In this document: piece by piece, positions 34,624-47,980 of the stretch
Layout of the letters: every line of letters begins with the position of its first letter
Numbering within the stretch: position 1 is the first letter of the stretch
Assembly: GCF_035594765.1 (NCBI RefSeq)
Contig: NC_085841.1
Coordinates: forward strand, 75,501,574 to 75,565,573
Source: Anolis carolinensis
Lineage: Eukaryota
DNA length: 64,000 bases
Direction: 5' to 3'
The notes under the pieces: model-generated
Databases searched by the model: none
What the model was told of the DNA's origin: nothing
The model's input: the letters and a program-made list of their open reading frames with translations, nothing else
Position numbers and translations under genes: made by a program

Positions 34624-35653
34624 GTGAGCAGGTTATTTCAGGTTAAAAACTCATTTTTGAAATAAAAAAATATGTGTGTTATCTTTAATGCCTTGTTTAT
34701 ACTGACAAAAAAACCCTTGGGTTTGCCATCGCTTTTTCTCAGTTTGCATTGGCCATGTAGTAACTCCACACGCATCACATCCATCATGGTGAGATTGTCA
34801 TGATCAGTCATATAGTTTCCACCTCACTATTAGAAGGTAGTCCACATTTCTAATTCTTCACATTATTTTTGGCCACACAGCCATTGACACCCCACTTCTT
34901 TTGTTTGTTTGTCATGCATTTGAATAACTGTATATTCTGTTAAGCTGAGGTGCACTAATACTGATAGGTGTGTACCCATGTGCACAAACCTGTTATAATG
35001 TTTTTAACAGAAAAAAAATCTAGGAAAGACCCAATTCCTGGTGGGAACAGTAATCTCCTGCCAACTTACACAAGGGCACATAGCTACCATACCTTTAGGA
35101 AGCATGAACCTATGGCAGAGAAAATTGCACACATAGAGAAGCACATATTGTTGTTGTACATTCATACTTAAATGGTGAAATGAGCAAGAAAGATCGTTTT
35201 CTTAAGAGCTAGTGATTTTGTCACATATTCCTTTTGGTTGGCATCATTTGCTTTTTCATATTCTTGGATCGAATCAACATGTCACAGTGTTTGTGTATAC
35301 TATTATACAACTCTTTTTATTTATTAAAATGCTGGAAAATTACTGGGAGCATTTCACAAAACAAAGAAATTTTATGGGGATGAAAGCATCTCTTCTTTTC
35401 ATGAAAGCCCTACACCTATCTAAGATAAGCTTGTGATTCAATGGTGATGTCTTTGAAACATGTTAGGAGTGATCAGAAACTGCCATGGCCTGTTAAAGGA
35501 AACTTAAAGAAACACACTTGTATCATAACTTATTCTGGATTTTCCTGGTTCCCTTTCAAATAGGAAAAGAGTGATTTTCCCAGTGTTGTGGGTTATTAGA
35601 TTTTTACATTCATTTTAAAACTATATATGTTTTAACTATGTTTTTAATTTTAG

Positions 35654-35806
35654 TCAATCCAGCAGACTGTGCTGTCACATGAACCCTCCATAAAATCCGT
35701 GTTTGAAAAAGGAGAGTGCCTCCTTGAACTGGTCCATGATGCTAATTTAGCAGAAAACATCCAAAAGCTTCAGGCAGAATACCAGGAGGTCTGCACCATT
35801 GCAAAG
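35654..35806 (+). CDS. SYNE1: SYNE1 exon w21 (153 nt, 0-0)
   Basis: attttag|TCAATC...GCAAAG|gtaaaa; SIQQTVLSHEPSIKSVFEKGE. Confidence 0.92.
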
Positions 35807-36147
35807 GTAAAATCTGTGGGTTTTTTTTTAATAAATGCATTTGTTTCCTGGTAGAAATTGATGCTGATTACAGGTGAATTTAGGTGTATAATCTGGACTG
35901 CTACTGTAAGTTAAGTTAACCATTTTGATGAATGAGACATGATTATTTTCAGGCCTATTGACTTTGGTTCATGAATTGCTTGCACCAATGAAATTCTACT
36001 GAATTACCAAAGCTGATGCTGAGAAGGATTGGTGTATCTTGCGTCTTTTAAAATGACATTGAAGAAGGACTCTGTCAAAAGAATATGTGTTAATGTTTAC
36101 GAGCTGGTCATTGACTGTAATAAAAGTTTACTTACTTACTCTGTGTT

Positions 36148-36215
36148 AATGCAGTCCACAATGTCATCCCATCTCTTCCCAAAAGAAGAGATGGGATGAC
36201 ATTGTGAACTGCATT
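36148..36215. repeat. 31-bp inverted repeat (hairpin), 1 mismatch, 6-nt loop
   Basis: aatgcagtccacaatgtcatcccatctcttc-ccaaaa-gaagagatgggatgacattgtgaactgcatt. Confidence 0.9.
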
Positions 36216-36337
36216 TTGGATTCCAGTTATATCTCTTCCAGAAATAACTAGAAATTGGAGTTTCAAACATGATTCTTCTACAGTTAATATGTTTTCATGA
36301 AAGGAATTGAAAAGTTTATTTAAAATATTTTTTACAG

Positions 36338-36505
36338 ACACATGTTGCAAACTTAGAGGTGAAAGTAAAACAGCACGAAGAGTATAACAATGAATTACAA
36401 GAAGTGGAAAAGTGGTTGTTACAGATGTCCAGCAGGCTTGTTACTCCAGACCTTATGGAGAATAGTAATCTAGAAATTATAACACAGTATTTAGCCAGTC
36501 ACAAG
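36338..36505 (+). CDS. SYNE1: SYNE1 exon w22 (168 nt, 0-0)
   Basis: tttacag|ACACAT...CACAAG|gtaagt; THVANLEVKVKQHEEYNNELQEVEKWLLQMS. Confidence 0.92.
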
Positions 36506-36827
36506 GTAAGTTTAAGTGAGCACCCAGCAATAGTTGAATAGTTTCAACAGTTCATTCAGTGGAAGAAATTTGTTGATAGTTCTACATCTTGTTAATAGAA
36601 CTTTGGATGCTGTAATACTAGTAATCTTTCTTTCTTTCTCTGAAGAAACTTTCTCTTACGTTGCTGGAACTTTTGAGATGCTATGATCAGTTTGTGGAAA
36701 ATTGAAAATTGTGGGTCATGTTTAGTTGACCAAATGCTAGTAAAGTATATTTTAGAAACAAAAACGATGGTTCTTCTTTTGGGAAATGTTGCTTCTAATT
36801 AAAAAAAACCAAATTCCAGAATTCTTA

Positions 36828-37205
36828 TCATATATGTGTGTGTGTGTGTTATGTGCATAATTAGGACCAAGTTAACAAAACCACTGGGACAAATGTCACC
36901 AATTTTGGCCACAATACACCAACACATCCAAGGTATATCCTTTACTCAACCCCCCCCCCCAAAAAAAAACATTGGCATATATCTATTTTTCACCACCACC
37001 CCTCCCCAGAATGGTACATTCCCCTAGAACGCAAATACCCAGCCTTCCATGCAGCAAGCCTATTCCATTGTATTCCAGCTCAGTAAACAAGGATTTCCAT
37101 AAGAAGAAAGCAGCCTATTGAGGCTGCAAGGTTATTCACTGCTATTCCACCTGGCCAACAAAGGATTCCCATAAGCCACAGCAATACGTGGCCAGGCATA
37201 GTGAG
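36828..37205 (+). mobile_element. Degenerate Helitron-like non-autonomous element
   Basis: (TG)n start and 3' hairpin GCCAC-agcaatac-GTGGC followed by a decayed terminal motif. Confidence 0.4.
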
Positions 37206-39050
37206 TTTGAATATATTCATAATGGAAATTTTAAGTATTTATTGAACCCTGCAGACCTGAAAGAGGAATAAAGGGGGGATTAACCCATCTAATGGATCTA
37301 GGCAAGGAATAGGTGTCAAGTCCCTGACAAACTCCACAGACCACCCTTAGGCAAGCACCTTAACCCCAAGAATAACCCAAAATACCAAGCCACAGAACGC
37401 AGAGAAGCTCTTCTAGAAACCTACCCTTCACCCACAAAGGGAGTTATGTAGTGCTTACCAAATATAATCGAACTTTTAACCTGCCAATGACAATATATTT
37501 AAGTGACTCCCAATTTCCACACTAAACAGTAACAGTGTGGGGTAAGTCTAAAAAGTCTCAGGTGATATACTGGTGGTGGTGGGAGTGTTTCTTATTTGGT
37601 CCTGATGCAACACAGTTTCACACGCACTGTCACACACACAAGCAGAAAAAGGAGAGGTCAAGACAAGTGGCAGACCCTTCTGAAATAGTGTGCCCCTCAT
37701 CAAGTGATAAGGAAAGACCAGCAACGGCAGCCTGTCCCTCACATGATCAGCTTGACCTCATTCATGAATGCCTTCAAAAGCATTCCTGCACCATAGGCCT
37801 GGCCTTTTGACTTTGGATTGGGCATATTTACAAACTGAATATCTAGGATACATTTCCAATATTTCTATATATTCATTTGAAAATTAAATGAATCACTAGA
37901 AGACGTTGGTTTTTTAATTTAACTGAACATTCTTCCAGGTATTGTGTCCAAGCAAAACAGGTAAGTTATGTGAATTTTAAAAATGTTTGAATTTAAATCA
38001 GTATGTCCCAAAGCTTCATGACATCAGTGGAGAAGCAAGGGATGTACAGTTTGTGTTTTGTCAGTGCAGACGAGTGCCTTAATTAAACTACTAGTCTTAA
38101 TCCAATTGACACTATTGGTCCATTTGCATAATGGCAACATTCAACACATGATAACAAATGGGGTGTGGTTTTACATTCATGAGTGTCAATTAGCTTTAGA
38201 CTTGTATTCTTTCTCTTTTTCCCTTCTACACATCAGAAAGGGAAATCAAAAGCTTTTGTTTCTGATTACTAATAAATCCTAGTTTGTTGTTGCATCCAAA
38301 AGCAACAAACTATTGTTTGTCCACAAACTAGGATTCATCTTAACTATTTCACCATGTAATAATCTCCTCTTTTTTCTTGAGGCACCCAAAATGATATTCC
38401 AGCTACTGGGCTTCACTTGGCCAGCAGCCAAGTGAATCCCAGTAGCTCCAAGGGAAGAGGTGTGTGGGTGATTGAAGCTTCACTCGCCCATGCACCCCAC
38501 CCCCTTTCCTTTCCTTTCCTTTCCTTTCCTGAGACGGGTAAACAGACTCACCCATGTGCTGCCCCTGTCCAGCTATGTGGCTACACTCAACTGCCAGCTG
38601 AGTGAAGCCTCAGAACTGGAATTATTTTCCACCACATAATAATCACATCCCCTTTCTTTTGGCCAAAAAGGGGGATTAAAAAGTGTGATTATTACACTGT
38701 GAAATACAATATTTATAATCCAAGTTTTTGGGTTATGTTTTGTGCAGAATGCTCCTCCATATTCAGATACAATACAAACCACTATAAGAGACTCTGCTTG
38801 TCTCTCTTTTTCTTAAAAGGGGTGGGGTGGGGTGGGGTGGAGAAAAAGAATTGCATGAACCTGAAACTTGTATCACAGTGCACTGCTATTTCTAAATCAA
38901 TTCCTTTAGAAGGCCATCTAAATTAGCAATGTAATCTTTTTGTGAAAAAATAAGCCTTTTTTCAAGAAAAAAACATACAGTACATATATGAATGTTAAGC
39001 ACTGAAGATATTTCCTGTAATCTGTGGTCTTTTGAATGGTGCTGTCTTAG

Positions 39051-39227
39051 GCAATGATGGAAGAAATTGCTGGATTTGAAGATCACCTAAACAGCCTTAA
39101 AAACAAGGGAGATTTCTTAATCAATGATTGTGCTGAGCATCTACAAGCAAAGTTTAAGCAGAATGTAGAAACGCAGCTCCAGGGAACAAGGGACAGCTAT
39201 TCAGCCATCTGTAGCACAGCCCAAAGA
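39051..39227 (+). CDS. SYNE1: SYNE1 exon w23 (177 nt, 0-0)
   Basis: gtcttag|GCAATG...CAAAGA|gtaagt; AMMEEIAGFEDHLNSLKNKGD. Confidence 0.92.
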
Positions 39228-39371
39228 GTAAGTTCAGTCCAGTCATATTTAACAAGTGACACAGGAGCACAGAAATTGCAGATACAAAAAAAGCAATATA
39301 TGATAAAAATTATATAAATAATTAAAGATTAAATATGGAAAATAATCAAGAGGTTTAGTTTACATTTAGAA

Positions 39372-39755
39372 GGCCAGTATGATGGAATTATTTGAGCATT
39401 GGACTACAACTCTTTTATATGGTTTTTAATTTGTTTTATTAATATGTTTTAATTGTTTGTATTAGATTGTTTTATACTTCCATTGATGTGTTTTTCTTTC
39501 TGTGTCTGCACAGCATTGATTTTTTTCCCAAATTCTGTAAACCGCCTTACTCCAGAGTTGAGAAAGGTGGGGCAAATAAATAAATAAATAACTCTGAAAC
39601 TAGGCTTAAAATCTTCTATTATTTGTGGAAATACACTGTGGGATCTTGGTCAAATTATATTCTCTCAGCCTCAGAGGAAGGCAAAGAAAATCCTGTGATA
39701 GATTCATTTTATGGTGGTCATAAGGAAGAAACATTTTGAAGGTACACCACAACAA
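39372..39755 (+). mobile_element. tRNA-derived SINE interrupted by an L2-type 3' tail
   Basis: SINE head ...TTGAGCATTGGACTACAACTCT, insert ending GTAAACCGCCTT...(AAAT)n, then aactct repeated (39408-39413 / 39590-39595) and the SINE resumes (CTCAGCCTCAGAGGAAGGCAA). Confidence 0.65.
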
Positions 39756-39952
39756 CAGCAATGTTTATCATACTTAAAACTGATTTTAGTACAATTAGTA
39801 AAATGGCATTATCTGATTTTTGCCTCAATAGTATTGTAAAAGCAAAAACATTTCTTGAAGTTTTTAGCTTAGTTTAATAGATTCGGCACATTTTTCCTTG
39901 TTTTAAGAATGGTATCATAAAGATTAAATGATTCATCTATGGTTCTTTCTAG

Positions 39953-40099
39953 ATGTATCAAAGCTTGGAGAAGGAACTCCAAAAACATGTTAGCCATCAA
40001 GATACTCTTCAACAATGCCAGGTTTGGCTGTCTGCAGTTCGGCCAGAGTTAAAGCCAGTTCCTCGTCCACCATTCAGCTTGGCAGATGCTGTTAAACAG
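39953..40099 (+). CDS. SYNE1: SYNE1 exon w24 (147 nt, 0-0)
   Basis: tttctag|ATGTAT...AAACAG|gtaaaa; MYQSLEKELQKHVSHQDTLQQCQVWL. Confidence 0.92.
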
Positions 40100-40513
40100 G
40101 TAAAAAACAATCAACTGGGAAATATTTGATCCAAATGATGTATGCACCAAAATATATCTATATGAATTCCGAAATATGTTCATAATTAAACATGCTAATC
40201 ACTGAAATAGATTCTAGAGTGTGAGCTGTCAAAAAGATCCTTGGGTAATGCTATGATGAAGTCTCCATTAATCCTCTGTTAACATCATTGACATTAACCT
40301 CTCCCTTGCAAGAACAAAAAAAATGTAAACAAGCACAATCCTGGCAACAGTTTTCTGTTTAGCTGGAGTAGAAGATTTAAGAAAAGTCAGTATTGAGCAA
40401 GGGATTGGTATTGCCCTGAACTGTTTGTAACATCCATCTAAATAATTTCAAATTTTAAACACATCACAATGTTTCTGCAGTGATTTTTTTTTTGGTGGCA
40501 TTTGGCAACCTTT

Positions 40514-40857
40514 GGAGACATAATAGCCATGTACAAATATGTGAGGGGAAGTCATAGGGAGAAGGGAGCAAGCTTGTTTGCTGCTGCTCTGGAGACTAGG
40601 ACACAGAACAATGGCTTCAAACTACAGGAAAGGAGATTCTGCCTGAACATCAGGAAGAACTTCCTCACTGTGAGAGCTGTTCGACACTGGAACTCTCTCC
40701 CCGGACAGTGGTGGAGGCTCCTTCTTTGGAGGCTTTTAAACAGAGGCTGGATGGCCATCTGTCGGGGGTGCTTTGAATGCGATTTCCTGCTTCTTGCAGG
40801 GGGTTGGACTGGATGGCCCATGAGGTCTTTTCCAACTCTACGATTCTATGATTCTAT
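40514..40857 (+). mobile_element. CR1 LINE 3' fragment
   Basis: YKYVRG...RKNFLTVRAVRHWNSLP; (ATTCTATG)n tail; 7-bp TSD aaccttt at 40507-40513 and 40858-40864. Confidence 0.9.
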
Positions 40858-40990
40858 AACCTTTCATAATATAACTGGAGCTTTTAAAATTTTTTGGAAG
40901 AGTTCAACATGGAATAGATGGAGAGTAAGGAAATCTAACTGCATCCTTGGTGTTATTCCTTAAAGTCTTCTAAATGTACACTTATACATA

Positions 40991-43140
40991 TCATCATCAT
41001 CATCATTTAATTACTTATTAATCTCCCTCCATCCAAGATGCTCTAGGCGATTTACAAGATAAAATTGTAAAGGATAAAAACATACATACAAATATTGAAA
41101 AAATTAACATAGATCAAAATCTCTAGTAAAGAGCCAGGTCTTGAGTGCTAGGGTAAAAGGCCCTAACTCACGCATGGCTCTCATATAGGGTGGCAAGGCA
41201 TTCCATAAGGCAGGGGCAGAAATAGAAAAACCTCTGCATCTGGTCCTTTCCAAGTGCACTTCTCTAGGACCCGATATATAAAGTACATTGCGTTGGGATG
41301 GTCATTGCAACCTCCGATGATGGGAGAAGGAGAGACGGTCCCTAAGGTACGATGTGCCCTGGCCGTAAAGAATTTTAAAGGTCAGAACTAGCATCTTATA
41401 TAGACCATGGTAATCAGTTGGAAGCCAATGCAAATGCTGCAGAACTGGTGTTATATGGCATTTCATGGGTGTTCTTGTGAGTAGCCTGGCTGCCGCATTC
41501 TGAACAATCCGGAGCTTTCGGGTCGTGGACATCGGAAGGCCAACATACAGGGCGTTGCAATAGTCCAGCCTAGATGTGACCGTGGCATGGATGACTGTTG
41601 CCAGAGCCTCATCAGATAGATAGGGTGCCAATTGCCTCGCTTGTCATAGATGGAAAAAGGCCTGTTTGCTGGCAGCAGCGACCTGAGCTTCCATTGTCAG
41701 CTGTGAATCCAAGATGACACCCAAGCTCTTAATGGTAGGCGAAGGAGATAGGGCAACACCATCGAAGGTGGGTAGCAAATGGGTCAAACCAATCGAGCAG
41801 CCATGCCAGAGAATCTCAGTCTTCGCCGGGTTCACCTTCAGTCTACTAGCACGTAGCCAGTTTGACAGAGCTTCCAGACATAAGAGGAAATTGTCTGGTA
41901 TTAACATTGCTCCAGGCTCCAAGTGCAGAAGGAGTTGGGTGTCGTCCGCATATTGATAGCAGTCTAGGCCGAAACTCCGAGCCAAACTAGCAAGGGGTCT
42001 AACGTAGATGTTGAAGAGAAGAGGGGAGAGAATTGCACCTTGGGGTACCCCACATAGGAAGGGAGATCTTTCAGAGACTTGATCCATATACTCCACACAT
42101 TGGCTCTGGTTTTGGAGAAATGAGTTGAACCAATTGAGGGCCTGACCGCGAACTCCGGACATGGCTAGACGGTGAATCATTAGATCGTAGTCAACGGTGT
42201 CAAACGCTGCGGTAAGGTCGAGAAGTACCAGTAGCGCTGATCCGCCGCTATCAGACTGGCAATGAAGTTCATCTGTAATGGCAACCAGGACTGTTTCCGT
42301 CCCTTAGCCAGGGTGGAAACCTGATTGGAAAGGGTCCAGGCCAGCTGTATCATCCAAAAATTGTTGCAATTGTCCCAGTACAGCCTGCTCTCTCATCTTA
42401 CCTAAGAATGGAAGGTTAGAGACAGGACGGTAATTAGCAAGGGTCATGGGATCCAAGCTAGGCTTCTTTAGCAAGGGACGAACCCTTGCCTCTTTTAGGT
42501 TGTCCGGGAAGACCCCCTGTTCAAGAGAGCCATTGATTATATTACTCAATGGATCAAGTAGATCTTCCAGGCAGCTCTTCACCAATCAAGAGGGACACGG
42601 ATCAAGGGAACAGGTGGTTGGTTTTGCAACAGCCAGGATTCTAGCAACATCTTCCCTGTCAAGCGGAGTAAATCAGTCAAAGATAGGCCCACTAAGCGGC
42701 CACAAAGTCTCAAGCTCTCTCAAGGTATCAACTGTAGGGGGCTGTTCCTGCCGAAGCACAGTGATTTTATCAGTGAAAAACTTCTGGAATGCCACTGCTG
42801 TAAGAGCCGTGGTTGCTGGGTTTTGGACTAAGGGAGCCAGACTGATCAAAGCACGAACTTTTTTGAATACTTGTGCTGGGCGCGATCTAGCAGAGGCTAT
42901 TAAGGAGGAATTGTAAGATTTTTTAGCGTCCTTAATGGCTGATTCGTAGGACCTGCAAAAAGTCTTGAAAGCGGACACCGACACCTCGTCGGGTTTCCAT
43001 CACCACCGGCATTCCAGCCGCTTTCATGCTTGCTTCATCGTCCATAGCTCATTAGTGTACCAGGGGGAGCGATTCTGGCGAGGGCGAAGGAGGCGTCTGG
43101 GAGCAATCTCATCCAAGGCAGCCAACAAACTGACATTCCA
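40991..43140 (-). mobile_element. 5'-truncated L2 LINE with disrupted RT (~2.15 kb)
   Basis: NYRPVSNLPFL, QSGF, GVPQGAILSPLLFNIY, QYADDTQL, SRLDYCNALY in broken frames; (GAT)n tail at 40991-41006. Confidence 0.9.
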
Positions 43141-43767
43141 GACATAAATATGGACATATAGATACAAACTGACATATAGATATAAATATGGATCTAAAGA
43201 TGTGTGGCTATATATGTATGTGCTAGCACTTCCTTTTATGAATAGGGACATCTTCAAGAGCAGTTCATCAGAAGCTGGTACTTGAGACTATAATGCTATT
43301 AAGATTAGGCTGGATTAAGAAATTATTCAGAGAAACCAGACAGTGATGAATCTATTCAGATGGACAATAATTAGTTAGTCTAGACAGGCAATCCCTTGTT
43401 AACTCAGCAGTAAGAACCTGAATCCTGTTCTCTTGCTTTTCGCTGGATCAATGACCTGCTGTGTCTTCAGAAAGCAAACAGATTTCTTAAAAAGCTAACT
43501 GTAATCTGAAATTGTATTAACTCTTGGTATAGTCAGTAGTACTGGTAGTTGTATCAATGCTTTTATGCTCTATTGGATTATCTTCAGTTATTTTTATTCA
43601 AAACTTTGTATTTATATATACAGTGTTATGGTTAGTTAACACTAACAATGGTGACTGATATCATACTTTGGTTCTGGTATCATACTTTGGATTATTTTAT
43701 AAATTTGTATTCTTAGAGAACTATGATAATCTCCGACTTCATGAAAACATCTCCTTATTCCCTTTAG

Positions 43768-43893
43768 GTGAAGCATTTCAGAGCTCTGCAGGAACAAGCC
43801 AGCACCTACTTGGATCTTTTATGTTCTATGTGTGATTTAGCAGACAGCACAGTGAAAAATATAGCAACAGACATTCAACTAACAAAGCAAACG
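43768..43893 (+). CDS. SYNE1: SYNE1 exon w25 (126 nt, 0-0)
   Basis: cctttag|GTGAAG...CAAACG|gtatgg; VKHFRALQEQASTYLDLLCSMCDL. Confidence 0.92.
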
Positions 43894-45267
43894 GTATGGA
43901 TCAAACTGTAGAAAACCTTCTCTAATCCTTCTTAGAGATGTAATTGTCTTATTTTGTTCACAGGTTACATTAGGTAATATTAGTTGGAGAAAAGCTACTG
44001 TACATATGGCCTCCAATCTCATAAACATATTTCTCTCTTACTCTTTTTCTCTAATCCAGAAGAAATTATGTGGTGTTTGTTTAGAGTGGGAAAGTATCTA
44101 GATATTCACATTGAAAATAAGAATTTAAACACTTTAATAAGGATTCTAATTACTAATTATCATAAATTTAGTGTATAACAGAAACAGAGAACATACTGCA
44201 AGTGGATGTAGAAAGTTTAGGATTTCAGAATACCTTTAAATATCATCCCATGATATTGCTTTCTATCAAGAATTTTTACTTTAATTGTGTAAAATCATCT
44301 TAAATAACTAAATTTTAATTAATAAATAATAAAATGATACATTAAAATATCTAAAACTGTGAAATACTGCTAATTTATCATACTACCTATCCCATGATCT
44401 CAAATATAGTAAAACCAATGTGACAAATTTGAAACAATGTGGAATAAATATCATTTTAAAAGGCTATAGAGATCTTAAGCAATTTAAAAGTTAAAAAACA
44501 GATTGTGATATAAACAAGTTTAAAATAAAATGACACATTTCACATTTGTGTTTAAAATCTGGATTTACATCCAGATTTACCATGGAACCAAATGACACAG
44601 ATCCAGGAATCGGTAACCCATTGTTGCAACAGACCTATATTAACTTCCGTTTTCTGTTTCTGGAGAAGCAAGATAATAGGGAAGAAAAAAACCCACCAAA
44701 GGACCTAGCCTTAAGGTTAATAACCCTTTGCCATGCTTAAATCTTAAAGGCAACATGCTGTGTTCTATGAAGGAAGCTCAACACGCTTATCAGAAATCCT
44801 TCTATATTATTTTATTATTCCTTGTTTGAATAAAAAATATAGCTAAAAGACAAAATAATCAAACAATCAAGTCAGACTGAAACAGATTTAACCATGTCAC
44901 ATAGAAAACATGTAGATCAGAGCTATTCTTTGATTGCAGAAAAGGGAGAGAGCTTCCTTTCAAATCAGTTTGTAACTACAGTGCTATACATTTAAACTGA
45001 TTTTATGTTCTCATCAGGCCTAGAGAGTAAGGAATATTTTAATGAGTGGAGAAGTTATCCTGAGCTATGCTTCTCTTTTGATATTTTACAGGGTTAAGTC
45101 ATCATACACAATGGAGACTTGCGCAAGCTGCCTTATCCTTCATCCCTACCCCCTACTGTAAATCTCTCCCAAGAGTCTGCCCTACATAAAATGACAGTGC
45201 ACATCAAAGACAGCCCTAAAATAATTGTGTTAAAAATGTTCCTGCCACCCTCTTCTATATTTTTCAG

Positions 45268-45444
45268 ATTGAAGATCGGATAATGAACTCTCAATACCTT
45301 GCTCAGGGCTGGGAGGAAGTAAAGCAAATGAAAGCAGAACTTTGGATATATTTCCAGGATGCCGACCAGCAACTTCAGAATATGAAGAGACGAGGTGCAG
45401 AACTAGAACCCAATATTGCACAGAATATGGTTTTGCAGGTGAAG
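45268..45444 (+). CDS. SYNE1: SYNE1 exon w26 (177 nt, 0-0)
   Basis: ttttcag|ATTGAA...GTGAAG|gtaagg; IEDRIMNSQYLAQGWEEVKQMKAELWIY. Confidence 0.91.
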
Positions 45445-46584
45445 GTAAGGAGCTGCTATCATTGAAATGAAAGAAAATACGTGACCAGCAGTTAATTTCC
45501 TGTCATATTTTGCACCCTTTGAAAGCTGTGCCTCATTTCTCTTGAATAAGTGCAGCTATGTAGAAGGAATGTATTGTAGGGGTGGCACTTTATGTGTTCA
45601 AGCTGTACTGTTCTGGGACTGGAAGGGCAGGTGGCTGAATGTCTTTATGTATTTTACAATTTACTTTATTTCAAAGAGTTGAGCAATAATAAGTAAAAAG
45701 GGAGGCTCTCTGAGTTTATCTGTATTCCTCCTCTGTAAATAGAATAGGTGACTTGTTTGTTATCTCCACAATCTTGCACCAATTTCCTAGGACACTTTGC
45801 TTTATTCAGTGGACAATACCATCCTGATATGAAAGTGCTCAGTGAGGAATGCAATGTTTAATCAAAGGACAAGTTCTATCACATCTAAAAAATTATTTTT
45901 CTATATTTATGCATGGGCAAAATGATCTCTAAAATAAATTAATGCAAAATGCTATTAGTGAAAACATCTTCATTTGTAATTACATTGTATCTTCAAAACA
46001 TCCTAGAAAGCTCAACTTGTTTTCAGTAGCCTCTGTCAGTCTCTCCCTTTTTCTTTGCTAACTGTTGAAGAGATGGTATGGGGAACCAATGGAAAACAAG
46101 CTTCTTTTGTTGAGGTGCAGTTTCGAGTGTCTCCTGGCTTTTATGTGATAAGTCCTAAATCCCTTCTGGAGTTCATGACCTTCAATCTGGTAATTGGACT
46201 GGTGGAAGGCAATGCAGTTGAGATAGGATTTGAGGCTCATCTCATAATCAGGCTAGGATAAATATCCTAAATCCTTCTGAAATTGGTCAGCATCACTAGT
46301 TAGCAGTATTCCATCCTGTTTACCTTACAACTAACAAGTGTGTTGTATAGAGCAAATCCTAAATTAATTTTGACAGTGAAGAAGGAAATCTATAACCCAG
46401 TCTTTCATATACAGTCAATAAAGCAGTCTTTGACCCGAATTTTAGCTATACAGAAGCTACCTTTTATACTTTTTTCAAAAAACTTTTCTGTGGTTCTTAA
46501 TGAATTTTAGGGGGAAAGGGTTTTGTTTAAAAAATTAAAAGAAACTACCATCTTAGTATTTCCTTCAATCCTTGAACATATATA

Positions 46585-46918
46585 CAGGCAGTCCCTGAAT
46601 TTCAAACATCCAACTTACAAACAACTCTTGGGGGGAGGGGGGGAGTGAGACAACAGGAAGTGAGAAAAATCTACCCCTATGAAGGGAAATTCACTCCTGA
46701 AAGAGTTGTCATAGGGAAATGGTGGCTTAGCTGAATCTTTATCACTAATCCTTATTTCCACAATAAGCCACATTTTTCAAAATCCAATATCACAGGGACA
46801 GAAAGTGAGGTTGGAATCTCCCAAACAGGGGTTCAGACAGCAAAATAAACACTACGGGGTGTTAACCCTTTCCTATGCTGTCCAAAGCTTATATATATAT
46901 ATATCTATATCTATATCT

Positions 46919-46968
<50 letters not shown>

Positions 46969-47055
46969 CTGTAGTTACACTTAAGACATGTATCTGTTAC
47001 AACTTAAATATAAATTCAACTTAAGAACATACCTGCAGAAATTGGTAACTGCCTG
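46585..47055. mobile_element. Tc1/mariner-Tigger-like MITE with internal (TA)/(TCTATA) microsatellite
   Basis: TA|CAGGCAGTCCCTGA ... ACTGCCTG|TA; homologous to 15495..15942. Confidence 0.8.
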
Positions 47056-47980
47056 TACTATCAAAGCAGTATTATGCACAGATCATCTGTCCTGCAACTG
47101 AAATCATTTTGTTAAGAATGCATGTCTTGCAACTAGAAGATCAGCTGTACTTTAAATGCAAAGGAGTGTATTACATTCACAAAAAAGGGCTAATCAATCC
47201 CACCTCTTTCTCTTCGGAATTTCCCACTATAAACTGCAGTTTAACCCATGAGATCTCAAAACTGTGGTTCACTAGGCCACATTTTGGAGCTCTCTTCTGA
47301 TTAAGTGTCAGGTAGACACTTAAGAAAAACATGAAAACCCAGAACTGTTTTTCTTTTAAAGGAATAAAGAAGGTTTTTTAAATCAGTATGTCTGTACCTC
47401 CTCTAGGCCTTATCATCAATATCTATTTTTCCCGTTCATACTATAGAAAATGTGAAAAAGTTAGCATTTCTGTCCAGTGCTTTTAGGCAGGTGCTTGGTT
47501 ATCTTTTCATTCAGTTGAAAGAAATAGCATGCACAGTATGCTTGTAAAATAGAACAAGGAGAAATCTCTTTTAAGGGCACTGGAAATGTTGGGTCCCTGT
47601 CAGATTTTGTTTTGAATTTTGCAAGAAGATAGGACATTTCAAATTATAGTTAGTCCTTTATTTATGGATTTGGCATTTTATATAAAAGTCAGCCATTTAC
47701 TACACCATTGTCTCTAATAGAACTTGAGAATCCACAGATTTTGGTATCTGCTGGGGGTTCAGAAACCAAACTCCAGTGGATACCAAGCTCCGCTGTACTC
47801 TTCTTTGCTGAGAAATCATGATATCTCATGAAAGGCAAATGTAGATCTGTTTTCTTTATGTATCTGTGATGGAACCTAAGTAAAATGCTTCAAAACATTT
47901 ATTTTGATGTAATTAAAATTAGAGTTAAAACATAGATAAAATATTTATTTCTGTTTTCCCCTTCATATTATCTCATATAG

